This document shows, piece after piece, positions 37,845 through 54,142 of a stretch of DNA of 64,000 nucleotides. Position 1 is the first letter of the stretch. Each line of letters opens with the position of its first letter. Location of the stretch: the NCBI GenBank assembly GCA_963825525.1, contig CAWGTN010000001.1:96001-160000 (forward strand), given 5' to 3'. The position numbers were made by a program, and so were the translations under genes. The notes under the pieces were generated by a model. The model was given only the letters and a program-made list of their open reading frames with translations, was not told the origin of the DNA and did not search any database. Source of the DNA: an uncultured Chloroflexia bacterium (GTDB lineage: Bacteria > Chloroflexota > Limnocylindria > QHBO01).

Positions 37845-38702
37845 GTGAGCGATCGGGAGTTCATTCTCACCCTGTCCTGCCCGGACCGTCGGGGCATCGT
37901 GCTTGCCGTGGCGCGGGCCATCGCCGACGGCGGTGGCAACATCCTGGACAGCCAGCAGTTCGGCGACCCGGACGCCTCCGTGTTCTTCATGCGCGTCCAC
38001 TTCGCCGATGAGGCCGCGGGCGACATCGATGCCTGGCGCGCCACATTTGGCGACCTCTCCGCCGACGGCGCGTGGCGCTGGGAGCTCCACGATGCACGGC
38101 ACCGGCAGCGGATGCTCATCGCGGTGTCGCGCGAGGGGCACTGCGTCAACGACCTGCTCTACCGGTGGCAGAGCGGCGCCATCGCGGCCGAGGTGGTGGG
38201 CGTCGTGTCGACGTCGCGAGACTTCGAGGCCCTGGCCGCCGGGTATGGCGTCAGCCATTTCGTGCTGCCGGACGGAGCGGCCGGCCCCGAGGCCCGCGAC
38301 AACGCGATCCTGGAGCTGGTGGCGGAGCACAACGTGGAGCGTGGTCGTACTCGCTCGATACATGCAGCATCCTCGGAGCGCGAGCATGCGCCGAGCTCGC
38401 CGGTCGCGCCATCAACATCCACCACTCGTTCCTGCCCTCGTTCAAGGGCGCGCGGCCCGTATGCCCAGGCCCACCAGCGAGGCGTAAAGCTCATCGGGGC
38501 GACGGCCCACTACGTCACGGAGGTTCTCGACGAGGGCCCGATCATCGAACAGGAGGTCGCCCGAGTCGACCATGCGCACAGCGTCGCCGAGCTGGCTCGC
38601 GTCGGGCGCGATGTGGAGTGCGTCGCGCTGGCGCGCGCCGTGCGCTGGCACCTCGAGCATCGGGTACTTCTGCACGGCGATCGGACGGTCGTCTTCCGGT
38701 AG
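37845..38702 (+). CDS. purU: Formyltetrahydrofolate deformylase (three +1 shifts at ~38340, 38368 and 38456, net in frame)
   Basis: LSCPDRRGIV, FFMRV, GVKLIGATAHYVT..LDEGPII; VVLARYMQ and INIHHSFLPSFKG appear in alternate frames. Confidence 0.93.
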   Translation: MSDREFILTLSCPDRRGIVLAVARAIADGGGNILDSQQFGDPDASVFFMRVHFADEAAGDIDAWRATFGDLSADGAWRWELHDARHRQRMLIAVSREGHCVNDLLYRWQSGAIAAEVVGVVSTSRDFEALAAGYGVSHFVLPDGAAGPEARDNAILELVAEHNVERGRTRSIHAASSEREHAPSSPVAPSTSTTRSCPRSRARGPYAQAHQRGVKLIGATAHYVTEVLDEGPIIEQEVARVDHAHSVAELARVGRDVECVALARAVRWHLEHRVLLHGDRTVVFR

Positions 38703-38707
38703 TGGCT

Positions 38708-38736
38708 TTGACCCGGTGGCCGACGCCGGATACGAT
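38708..38736 (+). promoter_or_regulatory. Promoter for tRNA-Ala
   Basis: TTGACC-17-TACGAT. Confidence 0.75.
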
Positions 38737-38747
38737 GCGCTGGCCGT

Positions 38748-38823
38748 GGGGATGTAGCTCAGCTGGGAGAGCACCTCCTTTGCAAGGAGGGGGTCAGGGG
38801 TTCGAGTCCCCTCATCTCCACCA
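38748..38823 (+). tRNA. tRNA-Ala(TGC)
   Basis: G3:U70 pair; CCTCC-TT-TGC-AA-GGAGG; ACCA. Confidence 0.97.
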
Positions 38824-38858
38824 CGTTTCATCGGGCTGCCGGGCTACATCGAGGCGTG

Positions 38859-38887
38859 TTGACCGGCTTCCGGCGGGGTGATACAGT
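38859..38887 (+). promoter_or_regulatory. Dedicated 23S-5S promoter
   Basis: TTGACC-17-TACAGT with an extended TG. Confidence 0.75.
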
Positions 38888-39222
38888 AACTCGGCTCTCG
38901 CGGGGAGACCACTGCAGGTCCTCCTCGCGTTCGTTGTGACAAGCCCACATGAAATGGTCTTCTGACCGCTGCGCGCGACCCTCGTGGCGCCCATCGGTCA
39001 GCGGATACATCGCTGACGCCGTGACGGATTCCGTCGCCAGGCGTCGACCGGACGGCCAAGTGTCGACCGGCGGGCCCGTCGAACGAACCGGCATGGCGAG
39101 CGCCCAACGCGGGCGCGCGACCTTATCAATCGAAGATTGGAAGCATCGATTTCGTCGAGGAGATTCCGACGCGACCGCATCGTGGCGACGGCCAGCACCG
39201 TGCTAGCCGCGTGAGCGTTGTA

Positions 39223-42297
<3,075 letters not shown>

Positions 42298-42425
42298 TAG
42301 TTCACGCGACTAGCACGCTGCTGGATCGCGTTCGGAAGGGCGGTGAACACCGCCCGATCCACGATGATTCGTTGCTTCCATTCTTCGACGCACCCGTGCG
42401 GGTGAGGTCGACATTTGAAGATTTG

Positions 42426-42543
<118 letters not shown>

Positions 42544-42555
42544 TAATTCATACGT

Positions 42556-42590
42556 CAGCCCCGTCGGTTCTGCCGGCGGGGCTGTTGGTA
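42556..42590 (+). terminator. rrn terminator hairpin
   Basis: CAGCCCCGTCGG/CCGGCGGGGCTG. Confidence 0.65.
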
Positions 42591-42601
42591 TCCTGCGGAC
42601 C

Positions 42602-43321
42602 GTGGATCGCATCTGCCCGCTGCTCGGGCTCCAGGGAAATCCTCGAACCGCCATCGACGGCGTGGATGCGGCGCATCGGTGCCATGCCGACGAGCCACCG
42701 AGCACGCTCGATCGGCAGATGCAGGCTCGGCTCTGTCTGACCTCGGCGCACGAACGGTGTGAACGCTACCTGGCGCATCTCGCGAGGACCGGTGGGCGGG
42801 CGGTGGTTGTCGAGGGCCTCACCTCCACCCGCCTGGTGATGGCGCCGGACCCGGCATGGCGGGGCATCGCTGGGCGCGCCCGCCGCGCTCCTCGCGGTCC
42901 CCTGGTGGCCATCGGGGTGGCCGGCGCGGCGCTTACGATCGGCGGGGTCGCCGTTGCGAGCGGAATGGTCGGACCGCTGGGCGGACCGGGGGCCTCTCCA
43001 TCGAGCCGCCCGGTGGAGAGCGCGGCCGAGACGCCGATGCCTTCCCGAGAGCCGTCCCCATCACCATCGCCGTCACCAACGGCCACCGACGTTCCGACTC
43101 CCAGCCCGTCGCCATCGGCCCCGCCGACCCCAACGGTGGCTCCCACCCCGGTGCCGACGGTCGCACCCACTGCCGCCGCGCGTCAGTACGTGGTGCAGCA
43201 AGGGGATACGTTGGCAGCGATCGCGGATCGGTTCGGGACGACCGTGTCGGTGCTGCAGGATCTCAACGGGATCGAAGACCCGAATGAGATCGTGATCGGT
43301 CAGGTGCTGCGGCTGCCGTGA
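42602..43321 (+). CDS. Membrane protein: N-terminal Cys-rich domain, TM, Pro/Thr linker, C-terminal LysM
   Basis: CPLLG..HRCH..CL...H.RC; YVVQQGDTLAAIADRFGTTV..L..LNGI..PN.I..GQVL.LP. Confidence 0.88.
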   Translation: MDRICPLLGLQGNPRTAIDGVDAAHRCHADEPPSTLDRQMQARLCLTSAHERCERYLAHLARTGGRAVVVEGLTSTRLVMAPDPAWRGIAGRARRAPRGPLVAIGVAGAALTIGGVAVASGMVGPLGGPGASPSSRPVESAAETPMPSREPSPSPSPSPTATDVPTPSPSPSAPPTPTVAPTPVPTVAPTAAARQYVVQQGDTLAAIADRFGTTVSVLQDLNGIEDPNEIVIGQVLRLP

Positions 43322-43341
43322 TCGGCTCCTGACCGGGTCGC

Positions 43342-44161
43342 CTACATCGGCGGCTGGCAGGTGCGACAGAAGGTGGTGGCCTCGCGACCACCAATCTGGC
43401 GGAGCTCGCGGCCGCAGCGAGGGCATGGCTGGCCACCCTTGAGATGAACCTGCAGGAACTCCCGGTGCTGCGTCTGGATGTCAGGTGGCACGAGGTCGCG
43501 CAGGCGGGTGATGGCATCGGCCAGCACGCGTCGCATCGCGTGATACAGGGCATCCACCTGGTCAGACGTGATGCTGCTCCGCCGCCGGAAGGGCGCCAGT
43601 CCGGCCTCCCAAAGGATCTCGTCGCTGTAGGCATTTCCGATCCCGGCCACGAAGCGACTGTTGCGAAGCAGCGGCTTGAGCTCACCGGGGTGGCGACGAA
43701 TGCGCGCTCGGAACGCCTCGAGGGTCAGCTCGGGATCGTCCGCGTCCGGACCCATCTCTGCCCAGCCCGGAATGTCGTCCAGCCGGTCGGCCGGCACGAG
43801 GTACAGCTTGCCGAGCATCTCTCGATCGACGTAGCGAAGGTCGTTTCCGTCGGTCGAGTCGCAGGCGGAGCCCGGTTCGAGCCCGAACCCTGTCGGCGGT
43901 CGGCACCAGCCAGAATCGCCCGGCGAGCATCGCGTTGGCCGCCAGGATCCGATCGTCGCCATCTGCCAGGCTGAATGGGATCAGGAGGAACTTGCCGCGA
44001 CGACGGGTCTCGCCGATGGCGGCGCCCGCCAGTCGCGCAAGCTCGACGGGCGTGGCACGCACCAGGATCGCGGTGGGAGCCGACGCATCGATTACGCGTC
44101 GACCGGCGACACGGCGGGCGAGCTCCTCGGCAACGACCGTGAGATCGGGCAGCTCAGGCAT
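43342..44161 (-). CDS. mutM: Fpg/Nei DNA glycosylase (+1 shift near 43852)
   Basis: MPELPD, RRGKF, GPD, AGIGNAYSDEIL, C-terminal CPRCG...FCRTCQ. Confidence 0.88.
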
Positions 44162-44386
44162 CGGAAGGGGATGGCATTGACCGTATGGTATGCTCCCCCG
44201 GCCGTGTGGCAGACAACCCCATAGTCGCGCGCGAGCGCGTCAGATCGTCGGCATGCGTAAAGGAGCACCGAGTCGTTTCATTTGAGACACCAGGACGCAC
44301 CTCAATGCATCGGCCGGTGATGGACGCCCTCCGCGGAGGGCGTCATCTGTTGTCACGGACATCATTGACAGGAGCGTATTGATCAC

Positions 44387-46291
44387 TTGACCGAAGAGAT
44401 GAACGAGGCACCGAAGGCGCCCGAAAGCGCCGAGGCAGCCGAGACGACGACCGCGGATGAGGCGGCGACCCAGCCCGAAGAAGCGACCGAGGCCCCAGGG
44501 CCGATCGCCGAAGCCGAGGCCGCACCGCCCGGGGAGCCGGAGGCGCCGGCCGAAGCCGACGCAGCCGCCGAGCCCCCCGTCGTGGAGGCCCCGGCACCTG
44601 AAGTCGAGGCGACGTCCGAGAGCGACGATGCAACACCCGCCGCTGATGCGCCGGCCGCTGAGGCCGAGCCCGTGGCTGAGGCCGAGCCCGTAGCCGAAGT
44701 GTCTGAGTCCGAGCCCGAGCCGCAGCCGAGCCGAGCCGCAGCTGCAGTGGCCGAGCCCGCAGCTGCAGTGGCCGAGCCCGCAGCCGCAGAGGCCGAGCCG
44801 GCCACCGATGATGCGCCGGCACCCGTGCCCCCGACCAACGAGTCGATGTCCATGGCCGAGCTGCTCGACCATCCGGATCACGAGGTCAAGAGCCTCAAGC
44901 ACGGGGACGTCGTCGAGGGCACTGTCGTTCGAATCGACCCCGATGAGATCCTCGTCGACTTCGGTGGCAAGAGCGAGGGCGTGGTCAGCAACCGCGAGCT
45001 CATGAATCGCCGCGGTCCCCGCGACGGTGAGGACAACAAGCAGGAGCTGAACGTCGGTGACGAGGTGCTCGTCTACGTTCTCCAGCCGGAGTCACCGGAG
45101 GGCCATGCCGTCCTCTCGCTGCGCCGTGCCGGGCTCGAGCGCAAGTGGCGCGCGATGCAGGAGCGATTCGACGCGGGCGAGATCGTCGAGGCGCGCGTCA
45201 TCGACCACAACAAGGGTGGCCTGATCGTCGACCTGGGCGTGCGCGGCTTCGTGCCGATCAGCCAGATCGTGGACTTCCCACGCCGTCCGCGCGACGAGCA
45301 GCCGCGCGACGCCGCCCAGGAGATTGCGGAGAAGCTGCAGCCATTCGTCGGCCGCACGCTGCGCCTCAAGATCCTCGAGGTGAACCGCAAGGCCAACCGG
45401 CTCATCCTCTCGGAGAAGGTCGCCCTGTACGAGGAGCGCCGCGAGAAGCGCGACGAGCTCTTCAGCAGCCTGGAGACCGGCCAGAAGGTGACCGGCGTGG
45501 TCCGCAGCATCGCGCCGTTCGGCGTGTTCGTGGACCTCGGCGGGATCGACGGCCTCGTGCACAAGAGCGAGCTCTCCTGGAACAAGGTCAACAACCCCGA
45601 GACCGCTCACCAGATCGGCGAGGAGGTCGAGGCCGAGGTCATCGACATCAACCACGAGCGTGGTCGGATCAGCCTCTCCATTCGGCGCCTCCAGCCCGAC
45701 CCGTGGCAGGAGTCGGTCGCGAAGTACAAGATCGGGGACGTGATCGAGGGAACCGTCACGAAGCTCGTGAACTTCGGTGCCTTCGTGCGGGTCGAGGAAG
45801 GCCTCGAAGGCCTGATCCACATCAGCGAGCTGTCCAACCAGCGGGTTGCCCATCCGGGCGACGTGGTCCAGGAGGGCCAGGAGATCAAGCTGCGGATCAT
45901 CAGCCTCGACTCCGAGCGTCACCGACTTGGCCTCAGCCTCAAGCAGGCCGAGGATCGAGCCGCCCCGGCGCCGAGAGAAGATCGTCCGCGGCGGGACCGC
46001 GCTCCCCGGCGGGACCGCTTCGAATACCGACCCGAGGACGCCACGGCCGAGCCCGAAGGCGGGATCGACAACACGATGGCGGCGGCCTTCGCCAGCTCCG
46101 GGCTGCTCGACCAGTTCCGGGCCGATGAGGAAGCCGCCAACGAGGCGGCCGATGCGCCGGCCGACGAGCCCGCTGAGGTTGCGGCCGAGCCGACCGCTGA
46201 CGCGGCGTCCAACGGCGTGACAGCCGAAGAGGCGCCGGAGCCCGAGCACGAGCCCGAGCCCGAGCCCGAGTCGGAAGAGGCCAAGGCCTAG
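44387..46291 (+). CDS. rpsA: 30S ribosomal protein S1 (four S1 domains) with long acidic extensions
   Basis: [57 protein letters not shown]. Confidence 0.93.
   Translation: MTEEMNEAPKAPESAEAAETTTADEAATQPEEATEAPGPIAEAEAAPPGEPEAPAEADAAAEPPVVEAPAPEVEATSESDDATPAADAPAAEAEPVAEAEPVAEVSESEPEPQPSRAAAAVAEPAAAVAEPAAAEAEPATDDAPAPVPPTNESMSMAELLDHPDHEVKSLKHGDVVEGTVVRIDPDEILVDFGGKSEGVVSNRELMNRRGPRDGEDNKQELNVGDEVLVYVLQPESPEGHAVLSLRRAGLERKWRAMQERFDAGEIVEARVIDHNKGGLIVDLGVRGFVPISQIVDFPRRPRDEQPRDAAQEIAEKLQPFVGRTLRLKILEVNRKANRLILSEKVALYEERREKRDELFSSLETGQKVTGVVRSIAPFGVFVDLGGIDGLVHKSELSWNKVNNPETAHQIGEEVEAEVIDINHERGRISLSIRRLQPDPWQESVAKYKIGDVIEGTVTKLVNFGAFVRVEEGLEGLIHISELSNQRVAHPGDVVQEGQEIKLRIISLDSERHRLGLSLKQAEDRAAPAPREDRPRRDRAPRRDRFEYRPEDATAEPEGGIDNTMAAAFASSGLLDQFRADEEAANEAADAPADEPAEVAAEPTADAASNGVTAEEAPEPEHEPEPEPESEEAKA
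44735..44799 (+). repeat. 21-nt tandem repeat (about 3 copies) encoding AAAVAEP
   Basis: GCAGCTGCAGTGGCCGAGCCC repeated; an 18-nt x2 repeat also lies near 44657-44692. Confidence 0.8.
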
Positions 46292-46326
46292 TCCCATCGC
46301 GGCCGGGAACGCCGGCCGCGTCTCGA

Positions 46327-46368
46327 TCAGGAGAGGAGCGAGGCCCGATCGGCTCGCTCCTCTCGTTT
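46327..46368 (+). terminator. rpsA terminator
   Basis: GAGAGGAGCGAG/CTCGCTCCTCTC followed by GTTT. Confidence 0.75.
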
Positions 46369-46504
46369 GCGCGCGGAACGATGATCGAATCGGCGCCGTC
46401 CAGCGTATCCATAGGTGACGGGCCGATGCGTCGCTCGGCGTGAGCGACGTGCGGTGCCGGTGCCGTACACTCATCCCAAGACCCACGCACGAAAGCGGGC
46501 GACC

Positions 46505-48991
<2,487 letters not shown>

Positions 48992-49064
48992 TCAACCGAT
49001 AAGCTCGCGGTAACGCCCGGGCGCCATCGTCGGCGTATCGAGCACCCGTCGGACCCGGAGCAGC

Positions 49065-50439
49065 GTGCCAGCCGCCAAGACCACCTACCTCTGCCAGCAG
49101 TGCGGCGCGTCCTCGCCGAAATGGGCGGGACAATGCCCTTCTTGTTCGGCGTGGAATACCCTGGTCGAGACCATCGCGGTGCCTCGCTCGACGTCGCGTC
49201 AGCCGTCGGCCGCTCGCGCGGTAGCCGGTTCCTCGGCCGTTTCGCCCATCGCTGACATCACCAGCGCCGAGGCAGCGCGCACGACATCGGGGATGGGAGA
49301 GGTCGATCGCGTCCTCGGCGGTGGCTTCGTGCCGGGTTCGATCGTCCTCATCGGCGGCGATCCCGGCATCGGCAAATCGACGTTGCTCCTCCAGCTCGCG
49401 GCTCGCATCGCCCGGGATGGCGGACGAGCGCTGTACGTGACCGCCGAGGAGTCGAAGTCGCAGGTCCGTGGTCGGGCCGAGCGCATCGGCGGGGTGGTGG
49501 ATGGGCTCGACCTGGCCGCAACGACGGACCTCGAGACGACCCTGGCGGCCATCGAGGCGACGAGCCCCACGCTGGCGGTGGTGGACAGCGTCCAGACGCT
49601 GGCGAGCTCGGAGCTCAGCGGCCCCGCCGGCAGCGTCGGCCAGGTGCGCGAGGTTGCCGCCCGGCTGGCCGAGGTGGCCAAGGCCGGGCAGACGTGCATC
49701 GCGCTGGTCGGGCATGTGACCAAGGAAGGCACGGTCGCCGGTCCGCGGACCCTCGAGCATCTCGTGGACGCGGTCATCTACCTGGAGGGGGAGCGGCTGG
49801 GGTCCACGCGTCTCCTTCGGGCCGCGAAGAACCGATTCGGCTCGACCGATGAGGTCGGCGTGCTGGAGATGCGCGGCGACGGCCTCGCCGAAGTCGACGA
49901 CGCCAGCCGATTCTTCCTGGAGTCCGAGGAAGCGCCGACCGCCGGCTCCGCGGTGACGATCGCGCTCGAGGGCACGCGTCCGCTGGCCGTCGAGATCCAG
50001 GCCCTGTCGGCGGCATCGAGCTATGGATCGCCTCGGCGCGCCACCACGGGGATCGACGCCAACCGCGTGCTCATGCTCATCGCGGTCCTGGCGCGACACG
50101 CAGGTCTCAACCTGAGCGGGCACGACGTCTACGTGAACGTGGCCGGTGGTCTGCGCATCGACGAGCCGGCGGCCGACCTTGCGATCGCCACGGCTCTCGC
50201 GTCGAGCCTGCGCGAACGCCCGGTGCAGCGAGGTGATCGTGCTGGCCGGTGAGGTGGCGCTGTCCGGACGCCTGCGCGCCGCGATGCGGGCGGACCGCCG
50301 CCTCGCCGAGGCTCGACGCCTCGGATTCACGCGCCTGGTGACCGGTCCGACGCGCGGCGAACGCCAGGCGGCACGGACCGATGGCCTTCATGTCGCGGCC
50401 ACCATCCGGGACGCGCTCGAGCAGTCACTCGACACCTGA
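49065..50439 (+). CDS. radA: DNA repair protein RadA/Sms (+1 shift near 50226)
   Basis: CQQCG..W.GQCPSC, GGDPGIGKST, KNRFG; GEVALSG in the second frame. Confidence 0.93.
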
Positions 50440-50585
50440 GCGCGAACCCGGCGTTCGTGGACTGCATCGGACCGGCGTGCTAGGGTAATTCGCCTCGCGC
50501 GGTGTCGCGAGACGGAGGTCGGGCCGATCATTCATCAACGGGCCGCCGCCGCCATTCATTCGCTTCATCTCGGAATCATCACCCC

Positions 50586-51656
50586 ATGACCCGCATCATC
50601 CAGTTCACGGGTGCCATGCTGGGCACCCTCATCGGCTTTGCGCTCGGGCTCGCACTGCTCCAGCGCGCCGGCGACCTGATCGAACCGGCCAACCGGCCCG
50701 CGTTCCTGACGGCGTTCGTGGTCGCCACGCTCCTGTTCGGCTACCTGGCGATCCCGTACATCACGATCTACCCGGTTCGGCGCGCCGTCGATGTGCTCGC
50801 CGATGCGGATGCCGGCGAGTTCGGCCTTGGCGTTGCCGCCATCGTCATCGGCCTGCTGATGGGCGTCCTGGTCGGCGTGCCGCTGGCCCAGGTCGGCGGT
50901 CCGATCGGATCGTTCGCTCCACCCATCGTGGCCATCTTCCTGGCGATCATGATGCTCGGCGCCACGATGCAGAAGCGGGACGTCCTGCTGCCCGCCATCG
51001 CCAACTGGATCCCCGGCGCGCGGAGCCGCGGGCCGTCGAACCGGGTGGTGGTCGACACGAGTGCCGTGATCGACGGGCGCATCGTCGATATCGCCCGCAC
51101 CGGGTTCGTCCTCGGCACGCTCATCATCACCCGCTTCGTGCTGGACGAGCTGCAGCGCATCGCCGACTCGCCGGATGCGATGCGCCGCAATCGCGGACGC
51201 CGCGGTCTCGAGATGCTGTCGGCGCTCCAGAAGGACGCAACCACGTCCGTCGAAGTGAGCGAGGACACGTATCCCGAGGTCGAGGAGGTTGACGCCAAGC
51301 TCATGGCCTACGCGCGAGACCATGGCTCGGCCATCCTGACCAACGACTACAACCTGAATCGGGTTGCCGACCTGCAGGGCATCCGGGTGCTCAACATCAA
51401 CGAGCTCGCCAACGCCGTGAAGACTGTGCTCCACCCCGGCGAGGAGATGACGGTGCGCATCATCCAGGAGGGCAAGGAGGCCGGCCAGGGCGTCGGCTAC
51501 CTCGACGACGGGACGATGATCGTGGTCGAGGGAGGCCAGCGTCACATGGACAGGGAGCTGCCCATCACGGTCACCCGCGTCCTGCAGACGGTCGCCGGCC
51601 GCATGATCTTCGCCCAGCCCAGCACCGACGAGGGCCCGAAGCCTGTGAGCCGATGA
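50586..51656 (+). CDS. PIN/TRAM domain membrane protein (YacL-like)
   Basis: VDTSAVIDGRI, RGRRGL, TNDYNLN, QGVGYLDDGTMIVVE. Confidence 0.93.
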   Translation: MTRIIQFTGAMLGTLIGFALGLALLQRAGDLIEPANRPAFLTAFVVATLLFGYLAIPYITIYPVRRAVDVLADADAGEFGLGVAAIVIGLLMGVLVGVPLAQVGGPIGSFAPPIVAIFLAIMMLGATMQKRDVLLPAIANWIPGARSRGPSNRVVVDTSAVIDGRIVDIARTGFVLGTLIITRFVLDELQRIADSPDAMRRNRGRRGLEMLSALQKDATTSVEVSEDTYPEVEEVDAKLMAYARDHGSAILTNDYNLNRVADLQGIRVLNINELANAVKTVLHPGEEMTVRIIQEGKEAGQGVGYLDDGTMIVVEGGQRHMDRELPITVTRVLQTVAGRMIFAQPSTDEGPKPVSR

Positions 51657-52858
51657 CCACGACGAGCCCCTTCGCCGCCATCCTCGTCGCCGCCGGAAGC
51701 AGCCGCCGGATGGGTGCCGACAAGCTGTGGACCGATTTCTGGGGTCGCCCGACGTGGCGCTGGGGGCTCGACGTCCTCCTGGCCCATCCGGCCCTCCTGC
51801 ATGTTGCGATCGTGGTTCCGGCCGGGTCGGAGCCGCGGTTCCATGACGCACTTCCCGATGACGACCGATGCCTGGTCCTCGCCGGCGGCGACACCCGCGC
51901 GGACTCCGTCATCGCGGGGCTTTGGGCCCTCACCGGCGCGGGGCATGGCGACGAGACCCTCGTGCTGGTCCACGACGCGGCGCGCCCCGCGGTCACGCCC
52001 GAGCTCGTCGATGTCGTGGCGACCGCCCTTGCCGCGGAGGGCGGCGACCGGGCGGTCGTCCCGGTGGTTCCCGTCGTCGATTCGCTGAAGCGCGTCCGGG
52101 GCGGGCGCGTGGTGGCTCCCATCGAGCGCGAGGAGGTGGCCGCGGCACAGACGCCTCAGGCCGCGACGCTCGGCGCCCTGCGGGCGGCAATCGAGGAGGC
52201 CCACGTCTGGGGTCGCCCGATCACCGATGACGCGGGTGCTCTCGCCGCTGCCGGCGTGCCGGTGGTCACCGTCCCCGGCGATCCGAGCAACCGCAAGCTG
52301 ACCGATCCGGCCGACGTTGCCCCGATGCGGGCGATCCTGTCCCAGCGCGTCGCCGCGCTCGATGGAGACATGGCGTCGGAGCCGGGGCGCTCCGGGATCG
52401 GGTTCGACGCGCACAGGTTGGTCGAGGGCCGCCCGATGCAATTGGGCGGGATCGGCTGGGCTGACGAGCCTCGGGGCCCGCTGGGTCACTCGGACGGCGA
52501 CGCCGTACTCCACGCCATCATCGATGCGGTGCTGGGAGCCGCGGCGCTCGGCGACATCGGCTCGCTGTTCCCGGGTGACGTCGTGGCGGAGGGCGCGGAC
52601 TCGGCCGAGCTGTTGAGCCGAACGATCGGGCACCTCGCGGACCATGGCTGGCGGCCTCGCAGCGTGGACGTCTCGGTCGCCACGTCCCGACCGGCGATCG
52701 CTTCGCGACGGGACGAGCTGGTCGAGCGCATTGCATCGTTGCTCGGCGTCGACGCCGCCAGGGTCTCGATCAAGGGCACCACCTCGGATGGGCTGGGATT
52801 CGCGGGACAGGAGGGCGTGGCCGCCTGGGCGGTCGCCTCCGTCGAGCGGAGCACATGA
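51653..52858 (+). CDS. ispDF: Bifunctional IspD/IspF
   Basis: AAG.SRRMG..K, VHDAARP, QTPQ, TDD; GFDAHRL, GHSDGDA.LHAI.DA. Confidence 0.93.
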   Translation: MTTTSPFAAILVAAGSSRRMGADKLWTDFWGRPTWRWGLDVLLAHPALLHVAIVVPAGSEPRFHDALPDDDRCLVLAGGDTRADSVIAGLWALTGAGHGDETLVLVHDAARPAVTPELVDVVATALAAEGGDRAVVPVVPVVDSLKRVRGGRVVAPIEREEVAAAQTPQAATLGALRAAIEEAHVWGRPITDDAGALAAAGVPVVTVPGDPSNRKLTDPADVAPMRAILSQRVAALDGDMASEPGRSGIGFDAHRLVEGRPMQLGGIGWADEPRGPLGHSDGDAVLHAIIDAVLGAAALGDIGSLFPGDVVAEGADSAELLSRTIGHLADHGWRPRSVDVSVATSRPAIASRRDELVERIASLLGVDAARVSIKGTTSDGLGFAGQEGVAAWAVASVERST

Positions 52859-53598
52859 CCGAGTGGATCGGCGGCAGGCGGCCCGTCACCGAGGCGCTGG
52901 CCGCCGGCCGCGATGCGCGTCGCCTGCTGATTGCGGCGAGTGCCCGACCGTCGCCGGAGCTCCGCCAGATCACCGACGCGGCACGAAGGGCGAATCTGCC
53001 GATCGATCGCGTCCCGACCGATCAGCTGACGCGGATCGCCTCGTTCGACGGGCACCAGGGCGTGCTCCTCGAGGTGGGGGAGCGGCGATGGGCGTCGGTC
53101 GACGAGATGCTGGCCCACGCAGACGCGGCGCAGCACGCGCCGCTCGTGCTGGTACTCGAGCATCTCCAGGATCCGACGAACTTCGGAACGCTCCTGCGGT
53201 CCGCCGAGGCCGCCGGCGTGGATGGCGTCATCTTCCCCGAGCGCGGCGCAGCACCGCTCAGCACCGCGGCGGTGAAGGCCAGTGCCGGGGCCAGCGAGCA
53301 CCTCCTGATCGGGCGTCTGCCGACGATCGGCGAGGCGATTCACGAGCTCAAGACCGCCGGCCTGCGCCTGGCGGCGGCGGACCAGGACGCGCCCGCATCG
53401 GCATGGGAGACGGACCTGCGCGGGCACCTGGCCATCGTGGTCGGCAGCGAGGGCAGCGGGCTGTCCGGCGCCACGCGGCGCCGCTGCGACGTGCTCGTCA
53501 GCTTCCCGATGGCCGGACAGGTGGCCAGCCTCAACGCCTCGACCGCCGGCGCGCTCCTGCTGTTCGAGGTCGTGCGGCAGCGATCGGCCGGGGGCTGA
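52855..53598 (+). CDS. rlmB: 23S rRNA Gm2251 methyltransferase
   Basis: HQGV, QDPTNFG..LRSA, GSEG.GL, SLNAS. Confidence 0.93.
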   Translation: MTEWIGGRRPVTEALAAGRDARRLLIAASARPSPELRQITDAARRANLPIDRVPTDQLTRIASFDGHQGVLLEVGERRWASVDEMLAHADAAQHAPLVLVLEHLQDPTNFGTLLRSAEAAGVDGVIFPERGAAPLSTAAVKASAGASEHLLIGRLPTIGEAIHELKTAGLRLAAADQDAPASAWETDLRGHLAIVVGSEGSGLSGATRRRCDVLVSFPMAGQVASLNASTAGALLLFEVVRQRSAGG

Positions 53599-53639
53599 GC
53601 GGGATCGCGCATCGAACTTGCTACACTCGCCCACGGCGC

Positions 53640-53714
53640 GCCGAGGTAGCTCAATGGCAGAGCATCGGTTTTGTAAACCGACGGTTGTGGGTTCGACTCC
53701 CACCCTCGGCTCCA
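53640..53714 (+). tRNA. tRNA-Thr(TGT)
   Basis: TCGGT-TT-TGT-AA-ACCGA; TCCA. Confidence 0.96.
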
Positions 53715-53785
53715 GTTGAGGCGGCCGGGTGCGTCTGATACCATCGGCGACCGTCGGCGACGCACCACGCGCCGGCATCCATCGT

Positions 53786-53870
53786 GGGTAGGTTGAGCAG
53801 GTGGTGAGCTCCGCTGACTGTAGATCAGCCGTCTTCGACTGTGGGGGTTCGATTCCCTCCCTGCCCACCA
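53786..53870 (+). tRNA. tRNA-Tyr(GTA)
   Basis: GCTGA-CT-GTA-GA-TCAGC; variable arm; ACCA. Confidence 0.95.
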
Positions 53871-54016
53871 CTGCTTTCCATCCGAAGAGCCGCCGAACCG
53901 CGACAGATCCTGGGCTTCCGGTATAGATTTACCGAGATTGACCAAGAGTTGTCGAGTATCGGTTCATCCTGCGACACTGCAGAAGCCCGCCGACCGCGGG
54001 TGACGCATCGACGCGC

Positions 54017-54092
54017 GCCCACGTAGCTCAGTCGGCAGAGCACTTCCTTGGTAAGGAAGAGGTCTCCGGTTCGAACCCGGACGTGGGCTCCA
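54017..54092 (+). tRNA. tRNA-Thr(GGT)
   Basis: CTTCC-TT-GGT-AA-GGAAG; TCCA. Confidence 0.96.
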
Positions 54093-54142
54093 CCTTCGTT
54101 CGTGCGTCCAGCCGATCGCAGCGCAGGAGGGGTCTTCCGGCG

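Noticed and set aside
46370-46504. CtsR or CIRCE operator upstream of clpC
   Set aside because: No matching heptad direct repeat or TTAGCACTC inverted repeat; ctsR/mcsA/mcsB absent here.
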